DNA of 64,000 bases from an uncultured Pseudobdellovibrionaceae bacterium. Lineage in GTDB: Bacteria; Bdellovibrionota; Bdellovibrionia; Bdellovibrionales; JAGQZY01. The position numbers were made by a program, and so were the translations under genes. Below the pieces are notes generated by a model. It ran no database searches. It was given only the letters and a program-made list of their open reading frames with translations, and was not told the origin of the DNA. This document shows, piece by piece, positions 41,884-51,426 of the stretch (the stretch's first letter is position 1; each line of letters begins with the position of its first letter). The stretch is taken from NCBI GenBank assembly GCA_964579625.1, contig CAZOGU010000001.1, forward strand, positions 8,572 to 72,571, read 5' to 3'.

Positions 41884-43533
41884 ATGAAGTATTCAATCTA
41901 TTTATTGAGCGTTTGTATTTTTAACCCCCTCTCAAGTTGGGCTGTTCCGGTGGAGGGTCACAAAATCATGGTGGCCGCTCCCACTCAACGAGTGATTGAA
42001 GTGGGACAAAAAATCGCTCAAAAGGGCGGAAATGTTGTCGACGTGGCCGTCGCCGTTGAATTAGCGCTAGCTGTGACAAGCCCTTACAATGCCTCTTTGG
42101 GGGGGGGTGGTTTTGCAATGATTCGTATGAATCAACAAGCCCCCGTCGCTATCGACTTTCGCGAAACCGCGCCCATTTTAACTCATCCCAATTTTTATAA
42201 AGAGCGCGCCGAAAAAGCCTCAACCATTGGTTCCTTGGCTGTGGGTATTCCAGGAATTGCCGCCGGTCTGTGGGAAATTCATCAAAAGTACGGAAAACTC
42301 AAATGGGCGCAGTTGTTTGACGAGCCTCTTCGTTTAGCGGAGCAGGGATTCCCAGTCAGTGGCGAATGGGTTGGTGATACCAGAGACACAAAAAAAGATT
42401 TTAACCAGTATGGAAAAAAATATTTCTTCAAATCAGAAATGGATTACAAGCCTGGCGAAATTTTTCGTCAACCGCAACTCGGCAAAGCCCTTCGCAAACT
42501 GCGCGATGAAGGACCAAAAGCTTTTTACGCTGGCGATATTGGCAAAGACATCATTACTACTCTTAAAAAAAGTGGTGGTGTGATGGGAATTCAGGATTTG
42601 CAAAATTACAAAGTGCGCTGGTTAACTCCGATTGAAAAAGATTATCTCGGCCACAAAGTTCACATGATGCCCCCGCCTTCGAGTAGCGGCGTATTAACTT
42701 CGACCATCATTGGCCTCGCCGAAAAAACCGAACTTGCTAAAAAAACGCCAACGTCGATCGAAGAGTATCACTTGCTTGCCGAAATTTTAAAAATGGCTTT
42801 TCGCGGACGCTCCCTTCTCGGAGATCCTGATTACAATAAAAATCCGGTCACGGAGCTTTCGAGCCAAAAATACATTAAAACTCTGGCCGATCAAATCAGT
42901 TCGAGAAAACCCGTTAAACTCTCGGCTCTCTCCGAAGAGGGGCTTAAAAAAGAAAGCAACGAAACCACAAACTTTACGGTGATGGATTCTGCTGGCAACG
43001 CAGTGGTCATGACAATTACCTTAAACGGCACTTATGGCTCTGCAATGGTCAGTGAAAAGTACGGCATTACTCTCAACAACCAGATGGATGATTTTACAAC
43101 CATTCCCGACAAACCAAACATGTATGGACTCATTCAAGGGAAAGCCAATTTGGTTCAGGCCGGAAAAAGACCTCTCAGTTCGATGAGCCCCACCATTATC
43201 ACAAAAGACAATAAAACTGTTTTGGGTGTTGGTGGAGCCGGTGGACCACGTATCATCACTGGTGTTTTTCAAACCTGGTATCGCGTTGTTGCAAACGGCT
43301 ATGATATGGATCGTGCTTTGCAAACTCCGCGCATCCATCACCAATTTTTACCAGAACAAATCTTTCTCGATAACTATCAGTTTTCGGTCGATACACAGCG
43401 GGCCCTCGAAAAAATGGGGCATAAAACAGAAGTTTCGTGGACGGCGAAGGTCAACGGTATTCGCTTGCGCGAAGATGGTATTTTAGAGGGAGCCTATGAT
43501 TCTCGCGCCGAAGGTGGCGCCGGAGGAATTTAA
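41884..43533 (+). CDS. ggt: gamma-glutamyltransferase
   Basis: Signal peptide, ...GGNVVDVAVAV..., the autoprocessing site ...ETTNFTVMD, and ...GGAGGPRIIT.... Confidence 0.9.
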   Translation: MKYSIYLLSVCIFNPLSSWAVPVEGHKIMVAAPTQRVIEVGQKIAQKGGNVVDVAVAVELALAVTSPYNASLGGGGFAMIRMNQQAPVAIDFRETAPILTHPNFYKERAEKASTIGSLAVGIPGIAAGLWEIHQKYGKLKWAQLFDEPLRLAEQGFPVSGEWVGDTRDTKKDFNQYGKKYFFKSEMDYKPGEIFRQPQLGKALRKLRDEGPKAFYAGDIGKDIITTLKKSGGVMGIQDLQNYKVRWLTPIEKDYLGHKVHMMPPPSSSGVLTSTIIGLAEKTELAKKTPTSIEEYHLLAEILKMAFRGRSLLGDPDYNKNPVTELSSQKYIKTLADQISSRKPVKLSALSEEGLKKESNETTNFTVMDSAGNAVVMTITLNGTYGSAMVSEKYGITLNNQMDDFTTIPDKPNMYGLIQGKANLVQAGKRPLSSMSPTIITKDNKTVLGVGGAGGPRIITGVFQTWYRVVANGYDMDRALQTPRIHHQFLPEQIFLDNYQFSVDTQRALEKMGHKTEVSWTAKVNGIRLREDGILEGAYDSRAEGGAGGI

Positions 43534-44911
43534 GATTCAAACCTTGCAAAAACCTTGCTTTCGTTTTTTAGGTGGAGCTCAAACGGTGACGGGCTCCAAA
43601 TATCTTGTCACCTACGGTGAACAACAAATCTTAATCGATTGCGGACTTTTTCAAGGACTTAAGGAGTTACGTCTTAAAAACTGGGACCGTTTTCCTATTG
43701 ATCCGCAAAAAATTGATGCCATACTTCTGACTCATGCGCATATCGATCACTCGGGTTACATTCCTCGCTTGGTCAAAGAAGGCTTTCACGGCAAGATCTT
43801 TTGCTCCAGCGCAACTGCAGAATTATGCCAGGTGATGCTTCTCGACTCCGCTCACCTTCAGGAGGAAGAAGCCTCTTGGTTCAATAAACGCAAACTGTCT
43901 AAACACACACCCGCGCTTCCCCTCTACACGATCGAAGATGCCGAAGCTGCACTGACATACTTTCAGCCTCAAAGTTTTCAATCTTTTTTTGAGTTTATTC
44001 CTGGTTGGCGCGCGCGATTTTTATCAGCAGGACACATCTTGGGGGCTGCACAGATTTTGCTCGAAGTGGGAGGCATACGGATTGCTTTTTCCGGGGACAT
44101 CGGCCGTCCCGAAGATCCCCTTCTTCTCCCACCAGAGCCTCTTCCCGATGTGGATTGCTTAGTCGTCGAATCCACCTACGGTGATCGAAAACACGAAGAA
44201 TCTGACCCAAAAAATGAACTCAGTGAAATTATAAATGTGGCTATTCAAAAAAAGGGAGTCGTCCTCATCCCCGCGTTTACCGTTGGGCGCACTCAAATGT
44301 TGATGCACTTTTTATCAGAACTTCGTAAAGATAAAAAAATTGCCGAAATACCGATGTATCTCAACAGTCCTATGGCAACGAGTGCGACATCGATTTTTTG
44401 TCGTCACCCCGACCTACATAAGCTGACAACACAGCAATGCAATCGGATGAGTGAGGATTTTGAATATATAAAGTCCGTCGAAGAATCCAAACTTCTCAAC
44501 GAACAAAAAGGACCAATGATAATCATTGCCGGAAGCGGAATGGCCACCGGTGGGCGTATTCTTCATCATCTGGAAGCCTTTGCAGAAAATCCAAACAACG
44601 TGATCGTGCTTTCGGGCTTCCAGGCCATGGGCACGCGCGGGCGACAACTTCAGGACGGTGCCATAGAAGTCAAGATTCATGGGCGAATGGTACCCATCAA
44701 AGCGTCTGTTAAAATGATCGAAAATCTTTCGGCCCATGCCGATTTTACCGAAATTATCGATTGGCTTAAAAAATCAGAATTTAAAGCGAAAAAGGTTTTT
44801 ATCACTCATGGAGAGCCTGATTCCGTGGCTGCCATGAAAGGGCACATTGAAAAAGAATTCCAGACGGAGTGTATTGCTCCTCATCAAGACCAAGAGTATG
44901 TTTTAATTTAA
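43496..44911 (+). CDS. MBL-fold metallo-hydrolase with beta-CASP / RNA-metabolising domain
   Basis: ...FLGGAQTVTGSKYL..., LTHAHIDHSG, and a beta-CASP-like middle region. The start overlaps ggt by 38 nt, and GAGGGAG lies upstream. Confidence 0.75.
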   Translation: MILAPKVAPEEFKIQTLQKPCFRFLGGAQTVTGSKYLVTYGEQQILIDCGLFQGLKELRLKNWDRFPIDPQKIDAILLTHAHIDHSGYIPRLVKEGFHGKIFCSSATAELCQVMLLDSAHLQEEEASWFNKRKLSKHTPALPLYTIEDAEAALTYFQPQSFQSFFEFIPGWRARFLSAGHILGAAQILLEVGGIRIAFSGDIGRPEDPLLLPPEPLPDVDCLVVESTYGDRKHEESDPKNELSEIINVAIQKKGVVLIPAFTVGRTQMLMHFLSELRKDKKIAEIPMYLNSPMATSATSIFCRHPDLHKLTTQQCNRMSEDFEYIKSVEESKLLNEQKGPMIIIAGSGMATGGRILHHLEAFAENPNNVIVLSGFQAMGTRGRQLQDGAIEVKIHGRMVPIKASVKMIENLSAHADFTEIIDWLKKSEFKAKKVFITHGEPDSVAAMKGHIEKEFQTECIAPHQDQEYVLI

Positions 44912-44968
44912 AACAACTTTGCATCTAGATAAGTTCGGATGGTAATCTGTAAGCGTGAGGGAGGTATT

Positions 44969-45364
44969 ATGTTACATGCTTTGTTAGTGAGTTTTTTTAT
45001 TTTTTCTCAACCGTCCATTCCGCCCAAGACGGACTTTGAAGTGATTCGTGAGCAAGGGAGTTTGTTTAATATTAAATTTGTTCCCGGCGAACCAGTTAAA
45101 ATATTTATTGTCGGACGCGAAGAAGCCTCTGTGGATCTCAGTAAGACGAAATGGTCAGCGGATGTGGATCTTGCGAACCTTTCTGTCAGCCTAAAGCAGA
45201 CAAATCCGAATCCTGGAAAAATATTTAAAATAAAACGCTTTGAAGATCATTACATCGTTGACGATCCGCTTCAGCTCACCAACGGAACGGAACTTAAATT
45301 ACAAATCGATGATAAAGGAAAAAAGAAACACTGCTTCAAGGTGAAAGTAAAACAAACACCTTAG
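44969..45364 (+). CDS. hypothetical secreted protein
   Basis: GAGGGAGG lies 5 nt before ATG 44969. Hydrophobic N-terminus. Confidence 0.45.
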   Translation: MLHALLVSFFIFSQPSIPPKTDFEVIREQGSLFNIKFVPGEPVKIFIVGREEASVDLSKTKWSADVDLANLSVSLKQTNPNPGKIFKIKRFEDHYIVDDPLQLTNGTELKLQIDDKGKKKHCFKVKVKQTP

Positions 45365-45387
45365 GGCACGTGCTCTTGGTGACTTAC

Positions 45388-46221
45388 TTATTTCTTTTTT
45401 CTGAAACGTGACAGACTCTGAGGCAATTGTGCGAGGAGATCCACGGGGCGCAGACTTAAGATATCATTTCCGTTGCGAAGCCATTCATCGGCTAACCAGC
45501 CATGAACATAAACTGCAAGGCAGACCATTTGCGAGACGGACTGTTTCTTTTTCTTTTGTGCCAAAAATGCAGCGAGCATTCCTGCCAAAACATCACCGCT
45601 TCCTGCTTTGGCCAAGGCTGCGTTTCCGGATTTGATTTGCATTACTTTTTGACCATCTGTCACCAGCGTTTCGTGCCCTTTGAGTAAAACGACACCACCA
45701 TATTTTTTTTGCGCCATTTTAACGGCCATCGCACGATTCTCTTTCACCCATGCGCTGCTTTTTTGAAGAAGACGCGCCATCTCTCCTTCGTGTGGAGTCA
45801 AAACCCAACTCGCGGGCAATCGTGATATTTTATTCTTTGCAATCCAGTTGAGGGCCTCGGCATCGAGCACCACACTGCTTTGCTTTTGTTGAAGCCAATG
45901 ACGAATCAAAACTCCGATGGTTTTGGGTCGACGAAAACCAGGTCCAAGCACAACAGCGGAGAACACTGTTTTTTTGAGCTGAGTTTGTGTGAGAGTTAAA
46001 AAATCAGGATTGTTTTTTTGTCCTTTTAAAAGATAGATATAACCAGCGCCACATCGACTGGCCGCCTGAGCCGTGAGCTGTCCGGCTCCCCACATGCCAG
46101 CGCTGCCCGCTGCAACGAAAACTTTTCCGCCAGTGGTTTTGTTGTCTTTTGTTTTTCGAGTGGGTAAATCTTTGAGCGCTTGTTGTTTGGAATAGATTTT
46201 TAGAGTTTTTTGAAAACTCAT
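45388..46221 (-). CDS. nnrD: ADP-dependent NAD(P)H-hydrate dehydratase (YjeF C-terminal type)
   Basis: ...LTPHEGEMARL... and ...AKAGSGDVLAGM.... Confidence 0.8.
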   Translation of the reverse strand: MSFQKTLKIYSKQQALKDLPTRKTKDNKTTGGKVFVAAGSAGMWGAGQLTAQAASRCGAGYIYLLKGQKNNPDFLTLTQTQLKKTVFSAVVLGPGFRRPKTIGVLIRHWLQQKQSSVVLDAEALNWIAKNKISRLPASWVLTPHEGEMARLLQKSSAWVKENRAMAVKMAQKKYGGVVLLKGHETLVTDGQKVMQIKSGNAALAKAGSGDVLAGMLAAFLAQKKKKQSVSQMVCLAVYVHGWLADEWLRNGNDILSLRPVDLLAQLPQSLSRFRKKK

Positions 46222-47237
46222 GGTTGGGACTTTCTGGGTTCGTCGAAGTCCAACATTTCTTTGATCGAAATTTTTCGCGGAGCTTCGAACTCCTCTTTAC
46301 GGATCAAACATTTTAAGTCACCACAGTTTTTACAATACCTTCTTTGACAAGGATCCACATGAAAATGTATTTCACCGTGAGTTCCATATTTTTCAAACAC
46401 TTGCTTTTCATAGTCAAAAATCACATCGTGTGTGGTTTTGATATCCCAGTATTCAGGCATAACGATATGGGCGTCGATGTGATGGTATTCTCCGGCAATG
46501 ATCATTCTCACATGATGAATCTGAATGGCCCATGTTGGTCGTTGATCATTGATAATGCCGTTAAATTTTTCGATAAATCCACGATTGGTGGCATCGAGCA
46601 AACCGCCGAGCGCCCCTCTGACAAGTTTGTAACCCGTATGCAGCAGATGAATGGCCACTCCAATAGCGAGTAAACCATCAATCCATACAAGGTTGGTAAA
46701 TCGCACCAAAAGTAAGCCCGCGAGAACGCCAATCGTAGTGATCAAGTCCGACATCAAGTGATGTCCACTCGCTAAAATGGCCGCAGAATTGAGTTGTCGT
46801 CCTCGATAAATCAATAACCATCCCAACAACCCATTGATCACCGCTGCCGCCAAACTGACGATCATCCCTAAATCCAACTGTGTTAAAACTTTGGGTTGAA
46901 AAAAAGATTGTATTGAAGACGCCATAATAAAAAGAGCGGCGGCAAAAATAAGTCCGCCCTCAAAGGCGGCCGAAAGATATTCGGCTTTACCATGGCCATA
47001 AGGATGACCCTGATCGGCGGGCTGAGCGGCCCAGTAAATGGCCCATAAGGACATGCCCGAGACCACGATGTTAACGACGGTCTCCATTGCGTCGGAGAGA
47101 AGTGCTTGCGATTGGGTGATATGAAATGACCAGTATTTAATAAAAAAGAGAACAAAACTCAAAGCCAATGAGGTTTGGGCTAAAAACACGCGCGATTGAT
47201 TTTCACTTTTTGTAAAATCTAATATTTTTTTAACCAC
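46218..47237 (-). CDS. cation diffusion facilitator family transporter with a Cys-rich C-terminal tail
   Basis: Six TM segments, ...LLSDAMETVVN... and ...HLMSDLIT... metal-site motifs, and the tail CQRRYCKNCGDLKC. Confidence 0.8.
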   Translation of the reverse strand: MVKKILDFTKSENQSRVFLAQTSLALSFVLFFIKYWSFHITQSQALLSDAMETVVNIVVSGMSLWAIYWAAQPADQGHPYGHGKAEYLSAAFEGGLIFAAALFIMASSIQSFFQPKVLTQLDLGMIVSLAAAVINGLLGWLLIYRGRQLNSAAILASGHHLMSDLITTIGVLAGLLLVRFTNLVWIDGLLAIGVAIHLLHTGYKLVRGALGGLLDATNRGFIEKFNGIINDQRPTWAIQIHHVRMIIAGEYHHIDAHIVMPEYWDIKTTHDVIFDYEKQVFEKYGTHGEIHFHVDPCQRRYCKNCGDLKCLIRKEEFEAPRKISIKEMLDFDEPRKSQP

Positions 47238-48232
47238 TCAAGCGCCTTTAACTTTCTTTCGTTGAGACAAAAATGCGTCCCCGGAAATTCATTATAAATT
47301 GTTTTTACTTTTTTTCTTTTTAGGACATCACGGATTTTTCGAGCCCCAAAATAGAGACAAAAATCATCAAAAATGCCAACATCCAGATACACGGTCTTGC
47401 GCTTGAGCTGGGAAGATCTCTGCGCTAAAAAGTAGACCGGGTCTTTTAGCAACCAGGTTTTCCAAAGAGACGCTTTAAGATCTCCGCTTTTTAAATCAAT
47501 TGGAAATTGGAGCTGTCCGTTTTTTAACGGCGAATAACAGGCCGTCATCGCAAGCGTGTTTATGATATCAAAAAAGTTTTTTCGTTTTGCAAGTTCTTTA
47601 CTTGCTAAGGCTTTCTCTACACTTTTCACAGACGTGAGATCTGTCAGGTAGGGACTCACTTTGTAAAGTTCGGGAAGCAATGACGTCGCAAAATCGCTGT
47701 CTGGAGCAATGGCGATGGCTGCATCGAAGCGACTTTTTGGCAAACTCACATGGTGAAGAGCGCCGTATCCACCACTGGAGGAGCCCATCAATATCCAAGG
47801 ATGTTTTTTATCAACATGAAAAATATCTTGAACCAAAGGAGCCAATTCACTTTGTAAATGATCACTGTAACGTCCAAACAGATCACTGTTTAAAAACTGT
47901 GAGCCACCCCAGGGAGTCATCGCATCGACAAACACATGAAGAGCACTCGGGATTTTTCCGCGTCGCGTACGATCCATGATTTGCTCTGGAAAATTTTCTT
48001 CCTGCGTTTTTTGGTTAAAACTTTGCGGACCATTGCCAAAATAGCCAGACAGATGAAAAATCACCATCTCGGGCTTTTTTTTGCGCGATTGTAAAATATA
48101 ATGGTGCTTGCGCGGAGATGCCTTTAAATAAGTTCGCGATAAGACCTGGCTTTCAACCTTGAGGTTAAAAAGCACAAAATCCTGCTCAATGCTTGGCAAA
48201 GCCAATTGGTAAAGACTGTATTTCACAGCCAC
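47219..48232 (-). CDS. alpha/beta hydrolase, putative esterase family
   Basis: Nucleophile elbow GSSSGGYGA. GTG start with no visible SD, so the start is uncertain. Confidence 0.6.
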   Translation of the reverse strand: MAVKYSLYQLALPSIEQDFVLFNLKVESQVLSRTYLKASPRKHHYILQSRKKKPEMVIFHLSGYFGNGPQSFNQKTQEENFPEQIMDRTRRGKIPSALHVFVDAMTPWGGSQFLNSDLFGRYSDHLQSELAPLVQDIFHVDKKHPWILMGSSSGGYGALHHVSLPKSRFDAAIAIAPDSDFATSLLPELYKVSPYLTDLTSVKSVEKALASKELAKRKNFFDIINTLAMTACYSPLKNGQLQFPIDLKSGDLKASLWKTWLLKDPVYFLAQRSSQLKRKTVYLDVGIFDDFCLYFGARKIRDVLKRKKVKTIYNEFPGTHFCLNERKLKALEWLKKY

Positions 48233-48247
48233 AGAATAAAGGATTAT

Positions 48248-48273
48248 CCAAAAGGTACCAAGTACCTTTTCTG
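48248..48273. promoter_or_regulatory. palindrome CCAAAAGGTAC-CAA-GTACCTTTTCTG in a divergent promoter region
   Basis: 9-bp perfect arms at 48250-48258 and 48262-48270. The half-site is the same as in the 24338-24401 inverted repeat. Confidence 0.4.
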
Positions 48274-48366
48274 TGCGTATATGCGATCTGGCTGAGTATT
48301 GAGTCGTGCGTTATTAGTAGGAATGCGCGCTTGCGCGAAGTATAAGCAGGGCTTCGAGGGGGATTT

Positions 48367-49314
48367 ATGAGTACATTATCCAAAGTTCCAGAGTTAAGCC
48401 TTGCCGCCTATACACAAGGTTCCGAAACCGACAAACAGAGTTTTATCAGCGATTTGTACCGCGGTCTTAAAGACTATGGCTTTATTGTGATGGTGGATCA
48501 TCCCATCTCAGACTCACTTCTTAAAAAAGCGTATGCTTTGAGCGAAGAGTTTTTTGCCCTCCCTCGCGAGATCAAAGAAAAGTACGCCCTCAGAGACAAT
48601 GGCTTTCAACGTGGTTACACTCCCTTTGGCCAAGAACACGCCAAGGACAGCCCGGTGGCTGATCTTAAAGAGTTCTGGCATGTGGGTCGAACTCTGGCCG
48701 CTGTTCATCGCTACAATTCTCTCTATCCCAAAAATGTGTGGCCTGCGGAAGTGAAAGAGTTTGCTGACGTGTTCTCGCAAATTTATACAGCGCTTGAAAC
48801 CTGTGGAGATTTGATTTTAGAAGCTCTCACTCTGCCACTAGAACTTGAAAAATCGTTCTTCAAAAAAATGACACTCGATGGGAACTCCATCCTTCGGTTG
48901 TTGCATTACCCGCCGCTCCCGCCCGATCGCGATCCACGCTCGATTCGCGCAGCCGCTCACGAAGACATTAATTTAATCACTATTCTTGTGTCCGCATCTG
49001 CTTCGGGTTTAGAGCTTAAAGATCGCGATGGCACTTGGCTGCCGATTGAATCTAAGCCCAATGCATTGATTGTCGACTCTGGAGACATGCTGGCACGGAT
49101 AACCAATAACGTCATTCCGTCGACTACACATCGAGTGGTGAATCCGCCTGAGGCCAAATCCAGCCGTTACTCAATGCCATTTTTTATGCATCCACACCCT
49201 GAGGCCATGCTCAGCTGCTTGCCTTCGTGTTTAGGAACTGGCGCCAAATTTCCAGATATATTGGCGGAAGATTTTTTAAAACAACGCCTGCGCGAAATTG
49301 GTTTGTTGAAATAA
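48367..49314 (+). CDS. 2-oxoglutarate/Fe(II)-dependent oxygenase (isopenicillin N synthase-like)
   Basis: ...LLHYPP..., the HEDINLITIL (HxD) motif, and ...STTHRVVNP.... Confidence 0.8.
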   Translation: MSTLSKVPELSLAAYTQGSETDKQSFISDLYRGLKDYGFIVMVDHPISDSLLKKAYALSEEFFALPREIKEKYALRDNGFQRGYTPFGQEHAKDSPVADLKEFWHVGRTLAAVHRYNSLYPKNVWPAEVKEFADVFSQIYTALETCGDLILEALTLPLELEKSFFKKMTLDGNSILRLLHYPPLPPDRDPRSIRAAAHEDINLITILVSASASGLELKDRDGTWLPIESKPNALIVDSGDMLARITNNVIPSTTHRVVNPPEAKSSRYSMPFFMHPHPEAMLSCLPSCLGTGAKFPDILAEDFLKQRLREIGLLK

Positions 49315-49317
49315 ATT

Positions 49318-50244
49318 CTATTTTCCTAATAAAATATTCTTAAGATGATGAGCTTTCATGCCGTCGATTCCAAAGCGAAGTCGTTGCTGCACATTTTTAG
49401 AATAGACGAGACTGCCAAGGAGGCGATCCCAAATCGCCAGAGAAACTCCAAAATTTTTATCGAAGTGTTCTGGTTTTTTGGAGTGATGAATTTGATGTTG
49501 TTTGGGGCTGATAAAGATATTTTCAAAGATGCCAAAGCTGATTGGAATGTGACTGTGGCGCAAATTGCTTCCTAAAAAGTTAAAAGCAAAACCAAAAAGA
49601 TTCACACTCAAAATATTAAAATACGAAACTTGCGATTCAAACATATAAACAAAAACACCCGTGGCGACACCTGCGCTTAAGGAATTTCTCAAGGTCGCGA
49701 TGATCACTTCCATCGGATGCGCGCGATAAAGTGTAATCGGTGTTAGAATTTTTGCAGAGTGATGTGTTTTATGAAAACGCCAGAGCCAAGGGACTTTGTG
49801 CATACACCAGTGATGAAAAAACCTGAGGAAATCATCAAAAACGAAGGCCATCACTGTAAATGAAAACAAACTGATATAGCTCGTAGGTAACGCATGAGAA
49901 TCTCTTGGAAAGGACTGCAAAAGACGAACTGTGTTTTTCGAAAAAAAGTAACTGAGATCGAGCCACGGAATCAAAATAAAGGCCTTGAGCACTCCGTTGA
50001 GAAAATAAATTTGATAATCCACTTTAGTGGAGGCATTCCACCAGTATTTTTTACGAAAAATCCAAGTTGTTATACGAGAAACCACTAAATTCAGGGGCTT
50101 ACCTCTAAACTGGAAAGATGCAAAAACCACTAAAAATACGAATGTCATTACAAGATTGAGATAGAAGAGCCTAGAACCTGGATCGTCAATGGGAACCAGA
50201 AATCGATCCACATAGGTTTTAAGAGAACGGAGCAGTTGTTCCAT
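49318..50244 (-). CDS. fatty acid hydroxylase / sterol desaturase family membrane protein
   Basis: His boxes HHWCMH, HKTHH and HQIHH. Confidence 0.75.
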   Translation of the reverse strand: MEQLLRSLKTYVDRFLVPIDDPGSRLFYLNLVMTFVFLVVFASFQFRGKPLNLVVSRITTWIFRKKYWWNASTKVDYQIYFLNGVLKAFILIPWLDLSYFFSKNTVRLLQSFPRDSHALPTSYISLFSFTVMAFVFDDFLRFFHHWCMHKVPWLWRFHKTHHSAKILTPITLYRAHPMEVIIATLRNSLSAGVATGVFVYMFESQVSYFNILSVNLFGFAFNFLGSNLRHSHIPISFGIFENIFISPKQHQIHHSKKPEHFDKNFGVSLAIWDRLLGSLVYSKNVQQRLRFGIDGMKAHHLKNILLGK

Positions 50245-50434
50245 GCGCCAAAATTAGGTTTTCAGAGCCATCTTCGTCAACGATTTTCAATTACTATGCA
50301 GTTATGAAATCAATAGCTTATCAACAACATAAAAAAGTCGGTTTTGTTTGCCCAAACCTACACTGAAGCCTTAGTTTGTGCTCTCAACTCAGAGGTCAAA
50401 AGCAGAATGCTTTGGCTAGATAAGGAGCCCCCCA

Positions 50435-51418
50435 ATGAAATTCATAGTATTCACAATGACTACACTCATTTCACTTAATACTTTTGCCGCACTTGTAATG
50501 TATACAGATCGTCCTGCCGCGACGACACAGATTATCGCCTCTGCTTTTAAAGCAAAAACGGGCGCTGATCTTGATATCATCGAAATGAAAAGTTCCGATC
50601 TCGTCAATCGTCTCAATGCCGAAGGCGCTCAGTCGAATGGTGCCGATGTTATCTTTGTAAGAGATTTAGTTTATCTTAACGAAATCAATGCTGGCGGATT
50701 TTTTCAACCCTACAACAGCGCGGCATCTCAAAAAGTAAATGGAGTGATGAAAACAAAAAACTGGGTGGGCGTGACCTATCGTGCACGTACTGTTGTTTAC
50801 AACACTCTTTCCGTGAACCCTGCTACTTTAAAAAACTATTCCGATCTTGCAAATCCTGAGTGGGCCGGAAGACTCTGCGTTCGCGTAGCGAACTCTTCGT
50901 ACAATCAAGCTTTGATTGCAAATTTAATTGCTAACGCTGGAGAGCAAAAAGCCACTTCGGTGATCGATGGATGGGTTCAAAATTTTGCCGTTAATCCCAT
51001 CGCAGATGACACTGCTGTTCTTAAGGCCATCGCGGATGGAACGTGCGCTGTAGGCGTTGTTAATACATACTACTTAGGACGCTATCTTTCCTCCGACCCA
51101 CAAGCTCCGCTCGGCGTTGTTTTTGTTGGTGAAGGTGGACAAGGAACTCACACCAATGGCTCGGGCATCGGTATTTCTTTGGCCTCTGAACAACAAGCTC
51201 TGGCCAACCAGTTGATTGAGGTCATGCTTTCTCCTGATGTTCAAAAACAAATTGTTGGATCCACTTTCGAATTCCCGGCAAACACAACTGTCGCTCACCC
51301 GAATAAGACTGTTGGTTCTTGGATGGGTTTTAAAATCAACGGCACAAGCTGGAGCCAATTGACACCAGACCTGATTGAGGAAAGTACAAATCTCATGAAG
51401 AGTGTTGGTTACAAATAG
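50435..51418 (+). CDS. periplasmic Fe3+-type ABC substrate-binding protein (FbpA/AfuA-like)
   Basis: Signal peptide, ...LVMYTDRPAA...FKAKTGADLDII..., and ...GADVIFVRD...GGFFQPY, typical of iron(III) binding proteins. Confidence 0.6.
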   Translation: MKFIVFTMTTLISLNTFAALVMYTDRPAATTQIIASAFKAKTGADLDIIEMKSSDLVNRLNAEGAQSNGADVIFVRDLVYLNEINAGGFFQPYNSAASQKVNGVMKTKNWVGVTYRARTVVYNTLSVNPATLKNYSDLANPEWAGRLCVRVANSSYNQALIANLIANAGEQKATSVIDGWVQNFAVNPIADDTAVLKAIADGTCAVGVVNTYYLGRYLSSDPQAPLGVVFVGEGGQGTHTNGSGIGISLASEQQALANQLIEVMLSPDVQKQIVGSTFEFPANTTVAHPNKTVGSWMGFKINGTSWSQLTPDLIEESTNLMKSVGYK

Positions 51419-51426
51419 GATTTTTG

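Noticed and set aside
50290-50345. Possible Fur box (ttatgaaatcaatagcttatc) upstream of the iron cluster.
   Set aside because: It matches the GATAATGATAATCATTATC consensus only if a gap is introduced. Ungapped identity is poor, so it is not reportable as a site.
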